This document shows positions 14,630-29,800 of a stretch of 64,000 nucleotides of DNA, one piece after another; position 1 is the stretch's first letter, and each line of letters starts with the position of its first letter. Made by a program: the position numbers and the translations under genes. This stretch comes from Eledone cirrhosa (lineage: Eukaryota), in contig OZ024756.1 of NCBI GenBank assembly GCA_964016885.1, positions 26,288,001 through 26,352,000 on the forward strand. The letters are read 5' to 3'. Under the pieces are notes generated by a model. The model did no database searches. It was not told where the DNA came from and saw only the letters and a list, made by a program, of their open reading frames with translations.

Positions 14630-16179
14630 GAAAACATGGCATGCTGCGTGGTTGCAAATGGGTTACATATGAATAAATTTAGTCCTTCATCAGTGATCTT
14701 CCAGCCTTCATTGGTATTTCATCACTTTAAAGACCATATACCTCCGGTTGGTGTGAGCAACGGCTAAAGAAAGTCGTTGGGACATGTAAATAGGGGGAAC
14801 GAGCGAGACAGAAAACAAACAAAGATGGTAATGCAACGAAAAGTGAGGAAGAAGGAGTCAAGTCCCTGAAATCGATGAACATAAGTTCTGTGAAATCGTG
14901 GATGAGAGAGAATAAAGACCATCAAACCTGGCCGAAATGTGAGTAAGGAAAGAATTTCGCACAGGTCAAACGGGAGGAAGAAGGAGTCAAGTCCCTGAAA
15001 TCGATGATATATATATATACAGAGAGAGAGAACATCTTTGACAGAGATTAACCGTTTGGACTTTACATTACTCTATATTTACTATTGTACTTTTGTGGTA
15101 AAGACGTTATCTTATATAATTTTATTTTGAGAACAATACTTTAACATCAGTATGAGCGGCCAGTTATGGCCAGTTTGAACAAAGAGAGGTGTTAGAATTT
15201 TGGCTGGATATGGCTGGTTTAAATGCTAAATGGTTAGAAAAATAATATATTTGAAACATTAGAATTAGAGAATTGTTAAAACTAAAATTCCAATGAGATA
15301 AACTTTACCATTCACCCTTTTGGGATTGATAAATAGACTAGCTGTCTAAAGTGCTGGATTGGCAAAATTTACAGCTGGTTTGAACAGAAAGAGGTGAGAG
15401 AATTCTAGCTTAAATAGGCCATACAGTTATAATATATATATTTCTCATATCATTTTGACTTCTTCAGAGCTCTTCTCTAGTGTACACAGCACTCTATAAT
15501 TCCACTGCGGTTCATGCTATACCAACCATTGCCAACTTTATTACCAATACTTTGTTGAATTTTGACGGAAATTCTTCTCTGTACAACATCAACATAAACA
15601 ACTGGCCGTGGCCAAAATTAAGGGAAACAGCCTCTGTCAGTGGAAGAACCTTTGCAACTGTCTATGTCCTTGGCTTCGCCTTTCTACTTATCTCGAACGG
15701 TGTTGGTATACAGGTTGTGAAAGATCGTGAGGTGAGTATTGCATTCCTGTATTTCAATCACAAATATTTGACGGATGTTGCGTTATTAATTTTAAAATAA
15801 TTGCAAGATAGGTCTTTAGTTATCAATATATATATATATATATCACATAAGGTGTGGTAAAAACCAGGTGGACCATAACCCACCAGAATACTCGATACTT
15901 GGGGTAGTAGAGTGGGTAATATGAAAAGTGTCAGGATCCCGGCGGCTGAGTTCCGGCCGTTTCGACAGTTAGATCGGATCTAGCTGTTGAAACGATCGGA
16001 GCTCAGCCGTGGAGGACCTAAATCTATTCATATATATATATAAGATCCCGTAGAGGGTGAAACAAAAATTCTTAAACTTTAACCTATACTAAAAATAAAT
16101 ATTTGCTCTACGTGTTTATATATACTTTTATATATATATATACAATCCTTATCGAGCTATCCTTGGATTTTGGTCAATG

Positions 16180-16213
<34 letters not shown>

Positions 16214-19200
16214 GAGTGGTGGATTGGCATCGGGCAACATGCTTTGCAGCATAGAGTTACGGCCCTTTAAGTTCTGAGCAAAAATCCCGCCGAGGTTAAC
16301 TTTGCCTTTCATCCACACGGGGTTGATAAAATAAAGTAGCAGTTATGCACTGAGGTCGATTTAATCGACTTTCCGCCCCCCCCCCCCCCCCAAAAAAAAA
16401 TTGCTGGCCTTGTGCCTATATAAGAAACCATTATTATAATAATTATTATTATTATTTCTCTGAATTTCTAGTTCCATATTCGCAGCCAACTGCGTGTGTC
16501 TGGAGTCTCCAACTATATCTACTGGGCAGCCAAAACCACATTGGATATGTCTTTTCATTTGATACCAACCATTCTGCTTGTTATTATAATCCTGGCTTTT
16601 CAGGTAAGTGGTGGTTATGTTTATAGTGGGGATGGTAGGGATAGTATTGGTGGGGCAGCTGTAGTGTTTATAACAGTGGTGCAGATGAGGGCAGTGGTGG
16701 GAATGGTAGTGGTGGTGGTGGTGGTGGTGGTAGTAGTAGTAGTGGAGTTGTTGGTGGTAGTAGTAGTGGAGTTGTTGGTGGTAGTAGTGCTGGTGGTAGT
16801 GTTAGTAGTGGTGGGGGAAGGTGCGGTGGTGGAGGTGTTAGTTGTAGTAGTAGTTGTGGTGGTAGTGGTGTTGGTGGTAGTGTTAGTAGTGGTGGGGGAA
16901 GGTGCGGTGGTGGAGGTGTTAGTTGTAGTAGTAGTTGTGGTGGTAGTGGTGTTGGTGGTAGTGTTAGTAGTGGTGGGGGAAGGTGCGGTGGTGGAGGTGT
17001 TAGTTGTAGTAGTAGTTGTGGTGGTAGTGGTGTTGGTGGTAGTGTTAGTAGTGGTGGGGGTGCTAATAGTAGCGTTGATGATGGTGGTGATGATAGTAGT
17101 GGTGGGGGAAGGTGTAGTAGTGGAGGTGTTAGTTGTAGTAGTAGTGGTGGTGGTGATGGTAGTATTACTATCATTATTAGTAATAGGCGGTGAATTGGCA
17201 GTATCGGTAGAGGGTTGGACGCCATGCTTTGATGCATAGAGTTACGGCCCTTGCCATTCTGAGTTCAAATCCCGCCTAGGTTAACTTTGCCTTTCATCCT
17301 TATGGGGTCGATAAAATAAAGTACCAGTAATGCACTGGGTAATTGCTGGCCTTGTGCCAAAAGTAGAAACAATTATTACTAATAGCTCTACTAGCTATGG
17401 TGGATGTAGTACTTATAGTATTAAGTGTTTCACTTGTAGTATGTTACAGTAGAAGTAGTAGTAGTAGTAGTGGTGGTGGTGGTGGTTGTAGTAGTATCAA
17501 TAATGAAAAGGCCAATCAAAACATTGCACCATTTTTTTAAAATAAAATTTTAAAATAATCTATTTTTAGGTTGATAATTTCAAGAGTGGTGGAGCTATTC
17601 TCTCTTTGATCCTGATGTGTTTATTATATAACTCCTGTAATGCACAGTTTAGTTACCTCATCTCGTATGCATTCAACAACTTTGAGAGCTGCCAGTCCGT
17701 TTCACCGAATATATCCACAACGGTAACATAGCTACTACTTTCTAAAGCAATGGTTCTCAAGAACCCAGGTCACATTACAGGTTCCTTTAATTCCTCTTCA
17801 TTTTGAAGTGTCAACCTAGCATCATGTTATCATAATCAACCATTTGAATCCTCAATAATTGTATAGTTCCAAGATTAAGTTTGAAACAGCAGTTTTTTTT
17901 TGTTGTAAATGTTAATTCATGAGCATTCATGAGAAGAAGGGAGGTAGGTGTAAAAGCCAAAGCCTCTATCTCTAATTCACGCCAACTCTTATCTATGGTC
18001 ATGAATCTTGGGTAATGACCAAAAGAATATGATCGTGAATACAAGCAGCCGAAATAGGGTTCCTCCAAAGGGTCTTTGGAGCGACGTTACTCGATAGAGT
18101 TCCACTGATGTAGGTGGAAAAGTTCAATTATCTTAAGGACGTGTTCACGAGTGATGGAAGGCAGAAGGCTGAATTAAGTGCAAGAATTGCAGGAGCTGGT
18201 GCAGTAATGCGCCAGTTTCAGCAATCAGAAGAAGGGAGGTAGGTGTAAAAGCCAAAGTCCCTATCTTTAATTCGGTATTCATGTCAACCCTTAACTATAG
18301 TCATACATCTTGGGTAATGACCAAAGGAATATGATAACGAAATGAAATGGGATTCCTAGGATGGGTCTTTGGAGTAATGTTACTCAATAGAGTGTAGCTC
18401 AGAGATCAGTGAGTCACTCCAGGTTGAGTCATTGCTTTTCCAAGTTGAGAGATCGCAGCTCCGATACTACAGACATCTGGTTAGAATGTCCTAGGAAGGA
18501 ATTGTTAGACAGATTTGATGGGAAAACCAATTGGCAGGGGACCCAGGTGTTGACCATGTGCTAGATGGTTGAATAACAGCCATGAGCTCTATTGGAGAGA
18601 GTTGCTTCTGACAGGACCTGCTGGAAGGTGTATTTGAGGACTCTGCATCCACGAATCCCCCAAAGAAGAAGATATATACACAATGTATCCTAAAGTTGGG
18701 TATATTGGAATTTTATTTGATACATACACATGTACTCTATAGTTGAGTATATTGGTATTTCATTTGATGTACAGAGTGACCACAAAAACACTCCTTGATT
18801 TTATATACTTATAATATGAAAACTTAACTGAATATTCTAATAATACTGGTGGTTACAGTTGCATAAACTAACAAAGTTTCATGTGGTATTGGTTGATTTC
18901 ATAGACACTCGATGTGTGTTCCTTTTGTTGCGATAATCAAGTTTGGTCCAGACTCTTTGCAGCATATCTGGTGTATTTGTGGTCAACCTGTATATATACA
19001 ATGAACTCTATTCTTTCCCAGTCTGGATTCCTCATCTGATTAACATTCCTCTACCTCATCTAAACCTTTTTCATTTCACCTTTTCACATCAATGAATTAT
19101 TACACACTTGTCATCATTATGTCACACACATTCACTCACCAATCAGTTAGTAGAAATGGCACTTGCCCTGGTGGTCAGAGTGGCCATGGTCTTTTGTGTG

Positions 19201-20555
19201 GTTTTCGCCACGAGTGACCCTCGGAGGTTTCCCCCTCTATTGAGGAATTTTGTTGTTTGAAATTTTTAATTTGTTTTTACACATTTCTATTTTCTTGTTA
19301 TAACCTTTTTACACGGCCAAAACCCACTTTGTATCGTCCTGTACCATTCTGTGCTATCTGTAATGACCAATAAAGAAACCATTATTACTCATACACTTTT
19401 ACCATCACTTTTCACAGCGTAACAGACATTTTATACTACAGATACACCAGACTTAATATAATAGATATAGAATTTAACAAGAGAGCCTATTATCATCTAT
19501 TTCAGATTGCACTAATGCCTTCTTATGCTGTTATGTTCCTCTACATGTTTCAATATGTGACAGCATCCAAAATCATCCACTATGTTTGCGCTGTCTTTTG
19601 TCCCCCATATATCATCATCGGAGGACTCTTCTTCATTACGATGGTAAGTCTAACATTGCTGCAATCTGTCTGTGTGTGTATGTGCCTGCATGAGGCAGCA
19701 AATTAGCACATGCCCTGCCCTTCCCTTCCTGTCATTCTCTGGATGAAATCAGCTGTGTTCAGACATGGAGAGGGGATTGGCTCAGCTAGATTTAAATTAC
19801 CCAGGACATACATGGAGGCACATGGCTTAGTGGTTAGAGCATTGGGCTTACAATCGAAAGGTTGTGAATTCAATTCTCAGACCGAGTGATGTGTTGTTTC
19901 CTTGAGCAAGACACTTTATTTCACATTGCTCCAGTTTACTCAGCTGTAGAAATGAGATGATAGGGACTGGGGTCCCTATCATTCCACTGCAAAGTGGTCA
20001 TGGAGGTGCCACAGCAAAAAAGCACCCAGCACTCACTGTAAATGAGGTTGGTGTTAGGAAGGGCATCCAGCTGTAGAAATCAAGCTAGAATCAGTTCCCG
20101 TCCCACCCTTGCAAGCAGGGAAAAGCGGACTTAAATGATGATGATGATGATGATGAAAATACTGTATGGCATCCCTATGAAGTGCCAGGAAATGCCAGTG
20201 GAAGGAAATGGCAGTAGAGGTAGACCAAGAAAGACCTGTATATATTATATGTATGTGTGAGTGTATATATACATCTTTTATTTTTAGTTCTGATTTTATT
20301 TCATTTTATTCTTTAAAATTTATTCTCGTTTTTAACCCTGTTAATATCCATGATATTTTCATATTCCACCATTCACTTCATGGACTATCTATACCCTACC
20401 ATTATTACCAGCATGACGACTATTTATTATTATAACTATTGGTATTATCGGTAGTATTATTATTGGCATTACTGTTATTATCAGTTTTTCTAATTCTTGG
20501 AATAATCATTATCGTTGTTTATATCTGAAGTTTACCATTAGTAATAGTACATTTA

Positions 20556-20588
<33 letters not shown>

Positions 20589-21612
20589 CACATTTGTTGT
20601 TGGAACTGGTGGAGATCCAGCCTAACTCTTTAGTTGTTCTTTGTTACATTTTGTCACCAGGTCCAGGTTCAGTATGATTTCATACATAAAACTACCGATG
20701 TCACCGCTCCAGTATCAGAGTTTTTTAAATGGGATAATATGGTTTTGTACACTATCCTCATTGTGAGTAATCTCTTGTTTCTTTTTCTCTATACACATTC
20801 ATTATTTATTCCTCAATAAGGGCAGTGGATTGGCAGTATCGTTAGAGCATTGGACAATATGCTTTGTGGCATAGTGTTACGGACTTTTACGGTCTGACTT
20901 CAAATCCCGCCATGGTTAGCTTTGCCTTTCATCCTTACGGGGGTCGATAAATTGCTGGCCTTGTGCCTAAAGTAGAAACAATTTATTCCTTTATTAGGAT
21001 TAGCAGAATTGGTAGTCGAATGTCAGACAAAATGCCATTGCATAGTATGTTCTAGAGCAGGGGTCGGCAATCTTTTGGGGTGTGCGGGCCACATTGCTAT
21101 GCAGTGTCTCGTCAGCGGGCCATGATATCAAAATATAATAAATGTAATAAATTTGACACAACTAAAGGGTCCTCTCAACCCCTTTAGGCATGGTTTCTAC
21201 AGCAAGGTGCCAACCTGTTACCAACCACCTATACAGTGTGTATTGGGTGCATTTTCATGGCAGCAATAGAGAGGTTGTTGGTCATAGACCCAACTGTAGA
21301 GCTTTCTCAGCTCTGAGGAAGGGGGCAATAGAGAAGTGAGTTAAGTATGAAGTTATAGGATTGGCAGGGCAATGAGTAAAGGGGGGGGGGGCTGATTAGA
21401 GTAGGAGATGTAGTGGTGCGGGGGATTTGTTCGACAGAGAGAGGGGTTGTGTTTATATGTTTGGCATTAGGAAGGACATCCAGCCGTAGAAAACCAGCCA
21501 GAAACACCCCTATATGTGAGAGTCACGGTCACACAACACAACTTGCCTCTAAATGGGACCCGTCTAACCCATGCTAGCGTGGAAGATGGACGTTAATCGG
21601 TGATGATGATGA

Positions 21613-21649
<37 letters not shown>

Positions 21650-22380
21650 AAGTTTTATTTAAATTGTTGGGTTAAGACTGTTTATATTGTATTTTGTCTG
21701 AAGAAGGCATAACATATTTTTAATATGATATCCCTGAAATATATATAATGAAATAAATATGGTTTTATAAATATAGTTTCCATTTATTTAATATCGTATA
21801 TATATATATGTATATATATGAATGTAAAAGGTAAACAGCAATAACAACACAATCGGTACAGAAATATTTCTTTCTTTGAGCTATTTAATTGTAAAAGACC
21901 GTTTGAGTTTATAACTCTATATTTATAGTATTACGGCTCCTTCTGTCGAGCTAATTTTAACCCCATAAAAACGGCTGTTATTTCTAGCAGCACGAGTATG
22001 CGGTGGCTAGACACTGAGAAACCATGTGCGTTTATCAGTCTTCTTAAATATTTTGAGGTGAAACATACCAATTTTCTGGGTACTTGCTGATGAGAACTGA
22101 AAATGGTATTTTTTCACTTTTTCAACTATCGAAACTTATTTGGATTTTGAAGTTTAAACTTATCTACGGAACAGGTTTGGATTTTGAAATTTAAATTTGT
22201 CCAAGTACCACGGCTATTGCCAATATGGGTTTGTTTTTATTGATTTATTGTTTTAAATCGAGACAGGCAAACTGTATTTATATAATTAGTATTTTTCAAT
22301 CTAGCTAACTTGGTCATTTATAATACAAACACTAATATGATTGTATTAGTGTTTATCATATATATTTATTTATATTAACT

Positions 22381-22431
<51 letters not shown>

Positions 22432-22505
22432 GTATATGTATATATATATGTATATGTATATATATATATATTGTAATAATTTCTACAAATGATGATATGC
22501 ATATG

Positions 22506-22544
<39 letters not shown>

Positions 22545-25405
22545 GTATATATATATATATGTATATGTATATATATATTGTAATAATCTCTCGGTTTCTA
22601 CAAATTAAAATATTTTCTGTTTATTTTGCAGACAGCCATACATATTATATGGATGCCTTTTCTAATCAATGCTCTCGATGTATGGAAAGCCACAGGGAAA
22701 CTGCGTCTGGCATTTGGCCTAAAACCTATTGCAGTCACGTATGACAAACAGGGTGAGGATGAGTCTGAGGAGATAGCTGATGTTGCAGAGGAGAGGGCAC
22801 TTGTAGACAACATTGTCAAAAAGAAAAATGTAAGCAAATAATTGTTTCTACCTTTGGCACAAGGCCAACAATTACCCCAGTGCATTACTGGTACTTTATT
22901 TTATCAACCTCGTAAGGATGAAAAGCAAAGTATATATAGTAATAATTGTTTCTACTTTTGGCACAAGGCCAGCAATTACTCCAGTGCATTACTGGTACTT
23001 TATTTTATCAACCTCGTAAGGATGAAAAGCAAAGTATATATAGTAATAATTGTTTCTACTTTTGGCACAAGGCCAGCAATTACTCCAGTGCATTACTGGT
23101 ACTTTATTTTATCAACCTCGTAAGGATGAAAAGCAAAGTTAACCTCGACGGGATTTGAACTCAGAACATAAAGGGCCATAACTCTATGCTGCAAAGCATG
23201 GTGTCTGATGCTCTAACGATACTGTTGTACAGGAGGTAGAGATGTTAGCAGTGCCATCTTAACAACATTATCACACATGCCCCCTCCCTTTGGGAAAGAC
23301 AATACACTTGAGCTTCTACATAGTCAACTCTAGCAAACATAAATTAACATTGGGACCCTTGACCTGATATATGCCCCCCAGGAAACTGATCAGTGTGTCC
23401 ATACATTATAGTAGCACCGTTCCTGTTCTTTACCTGAGTTGTGATTTTCCAAGTTTCAACTGTCAAGGTTTGATCCCTTCCGAACCCTCTTTGGGGTTTC
23501 AGGATACACAATCTTTGTGTGTCCATCCCATGCTTCCCAGGACAGGTCACAGGTCCATCGCCAGTTCTTGCAGCATGAGACTGAATTATACTTTTTGAAC
23601 AGGCCTCTCTACCTAAGGCCTGAGCGTGTCCCACGTGAAGGACGATGCAGTATAGTTCTTCTTTGTTTTCCTAATCATATTGGAGTTTCAGTTTCAGTGA
23701 TCTTATTCACGCCAGTCACTAATCTGGTACTTTGTCAAACTCACGAAGACTAGGCTTTTCTAAAGGCAGCCTTTACTCACCTCGTCATAGCTATGTCACT
23801 GGGTTATGAGTTTTTTCTTGGGAAGAATATGTGTCACCCATTGCGTCAATCTCCCCTAGTAGTTTACCACTGTTGGTCCGGGTTTTTTTATTTGTCCGGT
23901 AGTTGCCCGCTTATATCACAACTAACAATCACATCTGGTGGTCCTATCACTATCCACCACATGCGACCCTGGGAGCTAGAGATGTCACCCATTGTTCCAT
24001 CTCCCCTAGTAGTTTACCACTGTTGGTCCGGGTTTTTTTTATTTGCCCGGTAGTTGCCCGCTTATATCACAACTAACAATCACATCTGGTGGTCCTATCA
24101 CTAGCCACCACATGCGACCCTGGGAGCTAGAGATGTCACCCATTGTTCCATCTCCCCTAGTAGTTTACCACTGTTGGTCCGGGTTTTTTTTATTTGCCCG
24201 GTAGTTGCCCGCTTATATCACAACTAACAATCACATCTGGTGGTCCTATCACTATCCACCACATGCGACCCGTTCTCTTGCAGATATTCACAGAAAATAT
24301 TATATATATCCCCCACCCAACCCTGCCCTCATCTGTATCCAGAACATACAATGAAATACTGAATGTTATTTCTCATCCACAGTTTCCAATGGCAACAGTG
24401 AAGCAGATCCGAAAGGTATTTGGCCAACCTGATTACCTGTGTTGTAAAGGTAAAACGGATGGCAAGAACATGAAAGTGGCAGTAAATGATGTTAGCTTCT
24501 GTATCAAAGGTGGGGAGGTGCTTGGTCTGTTAGGGCCTAATGGTGCTGGTAAGACAACCTGTATATCAATGATGTCAGGAGAACTGGGCATTGACAGTGG
24601 AGAGGTGAGCAAAAGTACACTCACACACACTCACACACACTCACACACACACACACTCATACACACACACACACTCTCACACACACACACTCATACACAC
24701 ACACACACTCATACACACACACACACACACTCATACACACATACACTCATACACATACACACACTCACACATACACTCACACACATACACACACTCACAT
24801 TTACACTCACACATACACACTCACACACACACACTCTCACACACAATCATACACACACATACAGTCACACACATACACACACTCACGCATACACTTACAC
24901 ACTCACACACACACACACACACATACACTCACACACACACACACACACTCTCACACACACACTCATACACACACATACACTCACACACATACACACACTC
25001 ACACATACACTCACACACACACTCACACACACACATACACACTCACACACACAATCATACACACACATACACTCACACACATACACACACTCACACATAC
25101 ACTCACACACACACACTCTCACACACACACATACACTCACACACACACACACACTCACATTTACACTCACACATACACACTCACACACACACTCTCACAC
25201 ACAATCATACACACACATACACACACACACATACACTCACACACATACACACACTCACACACACTCACACACACACACACACATTCTCACACACACACTC
25301 ATACACACACATACACTCACACACATACACACACTCACACACACACACACTCACATACACTCACACACACACACACACACACACTCACACACACATTCTC
25401 TCACA

Positions 25406-25437
<32 letters not shown>

Positions 25438-26724
25438 TTGGCTCCAAGTTGTTTGGGACCATGTTTTTCCTTTGAGCAATATCATATATTGTTTATGTAT
25501 ATATATAGTGCATATATAGGGTACAAATATATATAATATATATATATATATTTGAAAAAAATGCAGGACCCTGACAGCTGAGCTCCGGCTGTTTCAAGTA
25601 CTCTGGTGAGTAATGGTCTAACTGGCTTTTACCGCCTCCAATCTAATATATATATATATCTCATGCTAGCATGGAAGAACGGATGTAAAACGGTGATGAT
25701 ATATATATGTTCATTTTATTAAGGCTTAATAGTGAGTTTTTGTTACTCTGGAGTAACTCCAGAGTAACAAAACTCCCCATTCCTCCTCCTTAATAGAATG
25801 AATATTAAAACTTTACTTCGGTATTGAGTACTCCTTTCTCTCAGCCGTCAACCACATATGGATATATGGATATATATATATATATATATATATGGGAGGA
25901 GGTTATAGTTCACTTGAAGCATTGTGTAATGAGGTATAAACGTTTGAATATGTATAATAAAGCCAACACAATGCAGGTATAGACATAGAAAAAAGAATGC
26001 AATTGCAAAAGATATTGTTGACAAATCGTCTTTTACCTTAGATTTATTTAAACATTTAAATAAATCTAAGGTAAAAGACGATTTGTCAACAATATCTTTT
26101 GCAATTGCATTCTTTTTTCTATGTCCATACCTGCATTGTGTTGGCTTTATTATACATATTCAAACGTTTATATATGTATATGTATGTGGTTGACAGCTGA
26201 CAGTTTCACCTGTTTATCACAGGGTCATCAGACAAGAACTTGTCTGGAACTGTTTCATTCAAAAGAAATTATCATGAAAAAGTTCTAGTCCTGTAGAAGC
26301 CATTTCAATATCAGACTTGATGTTTACACTCTAACGATGTATTGAGTACCTTACTAACTGTGGTTACCCCCCCCCCCCCCTACACACCGATTGACCTGGG
26401 ATTCACATATATGATATATTAAGACTGTATAACCAATTTAGCCTTAAAAGATAATTATGTTATAAGTCTAAATTGGTTATTTACTCTTAATTAATTAAAT
26501 TTCGAATTCTGCAGTTTGTGTCATAACAGTCCATAATGTAGTGTACAGAGGTTGAAAGGTCATTAAGTGTTTTTGGATTACTGATTGACCAAGGATACTA
26601 ATTAGCATTGAGCTATTACCAGGACATATATCGGTAAACTCTAATATAACCTATCATATACTATATATATATATATATCAATATATATATATCAAAATGC
26701 AGTAATACTCTCTCTAGTGGGTTT

Positions 26725-26786
<62 letters not shown>

Positions 26787-26811
26787 ATTTATATATATAT
26801 ATATGTATATA

Positions 26812-26873
<62 letters not shown>

Positions 26874-29800
26874 TATACATGGAGCATATTTACATATGCA
26901 CACAATCTACAGGCACACACACATATACATATGTATCTCTATCAAAAGCAAAGGTATATAATTGCCTATTTCTTGCCACCCTTTCAGATATTTATCCAAG
27001 ACCAAAATCGTGAAGCAAAAGATTTCAATAAGGCAATTGGCTTTTGTCCACAGCATGATGCCTTATTTCCCTTGTCCACTCTCAGGGAACAGATCCAGTG
27101 TTATGCTGAATTACGTGGCGTCTGTAAAGAAGACATCAACAAACTTGTGGATTAGTAAGGACTTTTCTTTCATTATATTGGCTATTGTCTTGTTTGATAC
27201 TTAACTCATTAGCATTTACCTTACTCTATATTTACTATTATATTTTCTTGGTAAAGGCTTTACCTCACATAATTATCTCACATAATACTGAATCTATAAA
27301 ATTTTGATATTATTTATTTGATACTATATAATGATGCTCTAAAAATTCTGTCGATCCAGCACTCTAGACAGCTACTTTATTTATCAATCCCGAAAAGATG
27401 AAAGGCAAAGTCTATCTCATCAGAATTTATGTTTTGACAATTCTCTAATTCTAATGTTTCAAATGTGTTGTTTTTTAACCCTTCAGCATTTAAATCGGCC
27501 GTAGCTGGCCAGAATTTTCTCATCTCTTTCTGTTCAACTGATCATAACTGGCTACTCATATTGATGTTAAGGTATTGTTCTCAAAATAAATAACATCAAA
27601 ATCTCATAGATTCGATATTATGTGGGATGTTATGTAAGATAAAGCCTTATAGCAGTTAAAGTAGTATTATTCTGTGTTAGCATAATAAGAATAAGAGGAA
27701 TATGTGTTTATATTGTAGTATGAAGAAATGTAATGTTTTGTTATGTGTGAGGCAGTGTTAGCCGAAAGTGAATGTTGTTTGTCGTAAAGATGGATGTTAC
27801 TTAGAAATTGAAGTTAGTTGTTATTCAGTTGTAAGATTATTGCCACGAAAGAAGAGAATTTGCTGTTGTAGTGATAAGAACCTTGGGAAAAGGATTTTCC
27901 CATATCACGTCCATTGGCGGTGGTAAAAGCATTACAAGACTTTAGGACTTTTTACATTATTTATTTACAAACAGATTACAACAGTTGAGCTGACATGCCA
28001 AATAAAATGAATAAAGAAAAAATGTGTTGAATGTTAATAAAGCACGGTTGCTAGCCGACATGTGGTCGACCAGGCCGAAGTTGAGTTTTACCGTTACATT
28101 TTGCTTGGTGTGGACACAACAATGAAAAAGGATGTTTACCTTCCGATGTCAAAGCAGCAACTGGTTAGAGTGAAAAAGCAAAAGAAACGGGAAAGTCTTT
28201 GTTTAGGTGGAAATAGTTAATATCCATGTTCGACTTACGATTGGTCTAAAGTAACCAAATCATGCATGAATAGATTATTGTTACTCACCATGAAAATAAC
28301 TCCGCTACAACCTTTACCACATATATATAATAGTATATATATAGAATAATGGGTTAACCAGTTTTCTTTCCTCTTATCTTTCACCAGTTATCTAGAGACA
28401 ATGAATATTAAAGAACACGCCAATAACTACACATCCAAACTGTCAGGTGGAACCAAACGAAAGGTATTTATAGTTTCTACCTCTGTCCTAATTAACCCAC
28501 TATTTTCTCATTACCAACAAAAGAAACAGCCTGTTATCCTGTTTTTTCATCTCCTTTACTTAATATAGGAATATTAACTGAAACGTTAATCCCCCTGTAC
28601 CAGAGGGTACTTGAAAAATAAGGGGTGTTACCTCAGTTCACTGGTAGTGTACAGCTAACACTGAAATATATCTCCAGTGTTACAAGCTGAGTGAAGAAAC
28701 AACAACAGCAACAATAATTGTTTCTACGTTTGGCACAAGGCCAGCAATTACCCCAGTGCATTACTGGTACTTTATTTTATCGACTCTGTAAGGATGAAAG
28801 GTAACGTTAAGCTCGGCGGGATTTGAACTCAGAATGGCAAGGGCCATAACTCTATGTGTCAAAGCACATGTCTGACCCTCTACCGATATTGCCAATCCAC
28901 AGTAACAATAATAATAATATTAATAATAATAATAATGATTTCTTTATTGGCCACAAGGGCTGACATCAAGAAAAACATTACAGACGGTACAGGACGGTAC
29001 GATGTGAGTTTTGTGCGTGTAAATATTTTTATTATTTATATAAGAAAAGAAAAAAAAGGACATAGAAACATATATATATATAAACAATAAAAATGAAAAT
29101 TGAAACAATGAAAAATTCCCCAATAGGGGGGGGGGGGGGCTCCGAGGGTTACTCGTGGCGTTCACCCACCTTTCAACAAACTTGCTAGAAGGCAGCACTT
29201 GCCTCTTCACCCTGATTTTCCTCGTCAAGTGAAACTTGAAAAGGTTAATTAGGGATTCGCCGATGAGGAAAGTGTCTGTCTTTAACCCTTTTAACCTTGT
29301 CCACCACACAATCTCTTTCGCCATGGCCACCAGGCAGATGAAAACCGCCTGCCCTTCTTCCTCGAAGGAAGACGGCGAGACCATCTGCACAATGGACTCA
29401 GTCGATAACCGGATCAGTCCTACACGCGACAGCAACTGTTCGACATAGCTCCACAAGTCAATAATAATAATAATAATAATAGGAATGCTTTCTTTATTAA
29501 CCACAAGGGTTGACATAAAGTAGACATTAAGGACAGTACAGGACAATACAGGACGGTACAAATGGGCATTTCTGCGTGTAAAAAACAAAAACAGAGGATG
29601 TAACAAAAAAATAACAATGAAAAATTCCCCAATACGAGGGGAGACTTCCGAGGGACATTCGTGGAGAAAGCCCATTAAAAAGCCACTCCATAAAGGGCCA
29701 TAACTCCGTCAAAGCATGGCGTCCAACCCTCTACCGATACTGCCAATCCACCACCCAATAATAATAATAATAATGATGATAATTTATTTCTTTTCCTTCA

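Noticed and set aside
16604-17239. Poly-Val and poly-Pro ORFs
   Set aside because: Intronic GGT/GTA repeat downstream of a GTAAGT donor.
19817-19890. tRNA-like sequence
   Set aside because: It continues into a SINE body and forms no complete cloverleaf; treated as a SINE head.
22065-22110. CTGATGAGAACTGAAA hammerhead-like motif
   Set aside because: Stem II is too short to form and no convincing stems I and III were found.
24605-25519. His/Thr-rich extension of the 441-aa ORF
   Set aside because: It lies past the GTGAGC donor at 24605 and is a (CA)n translation artefact.
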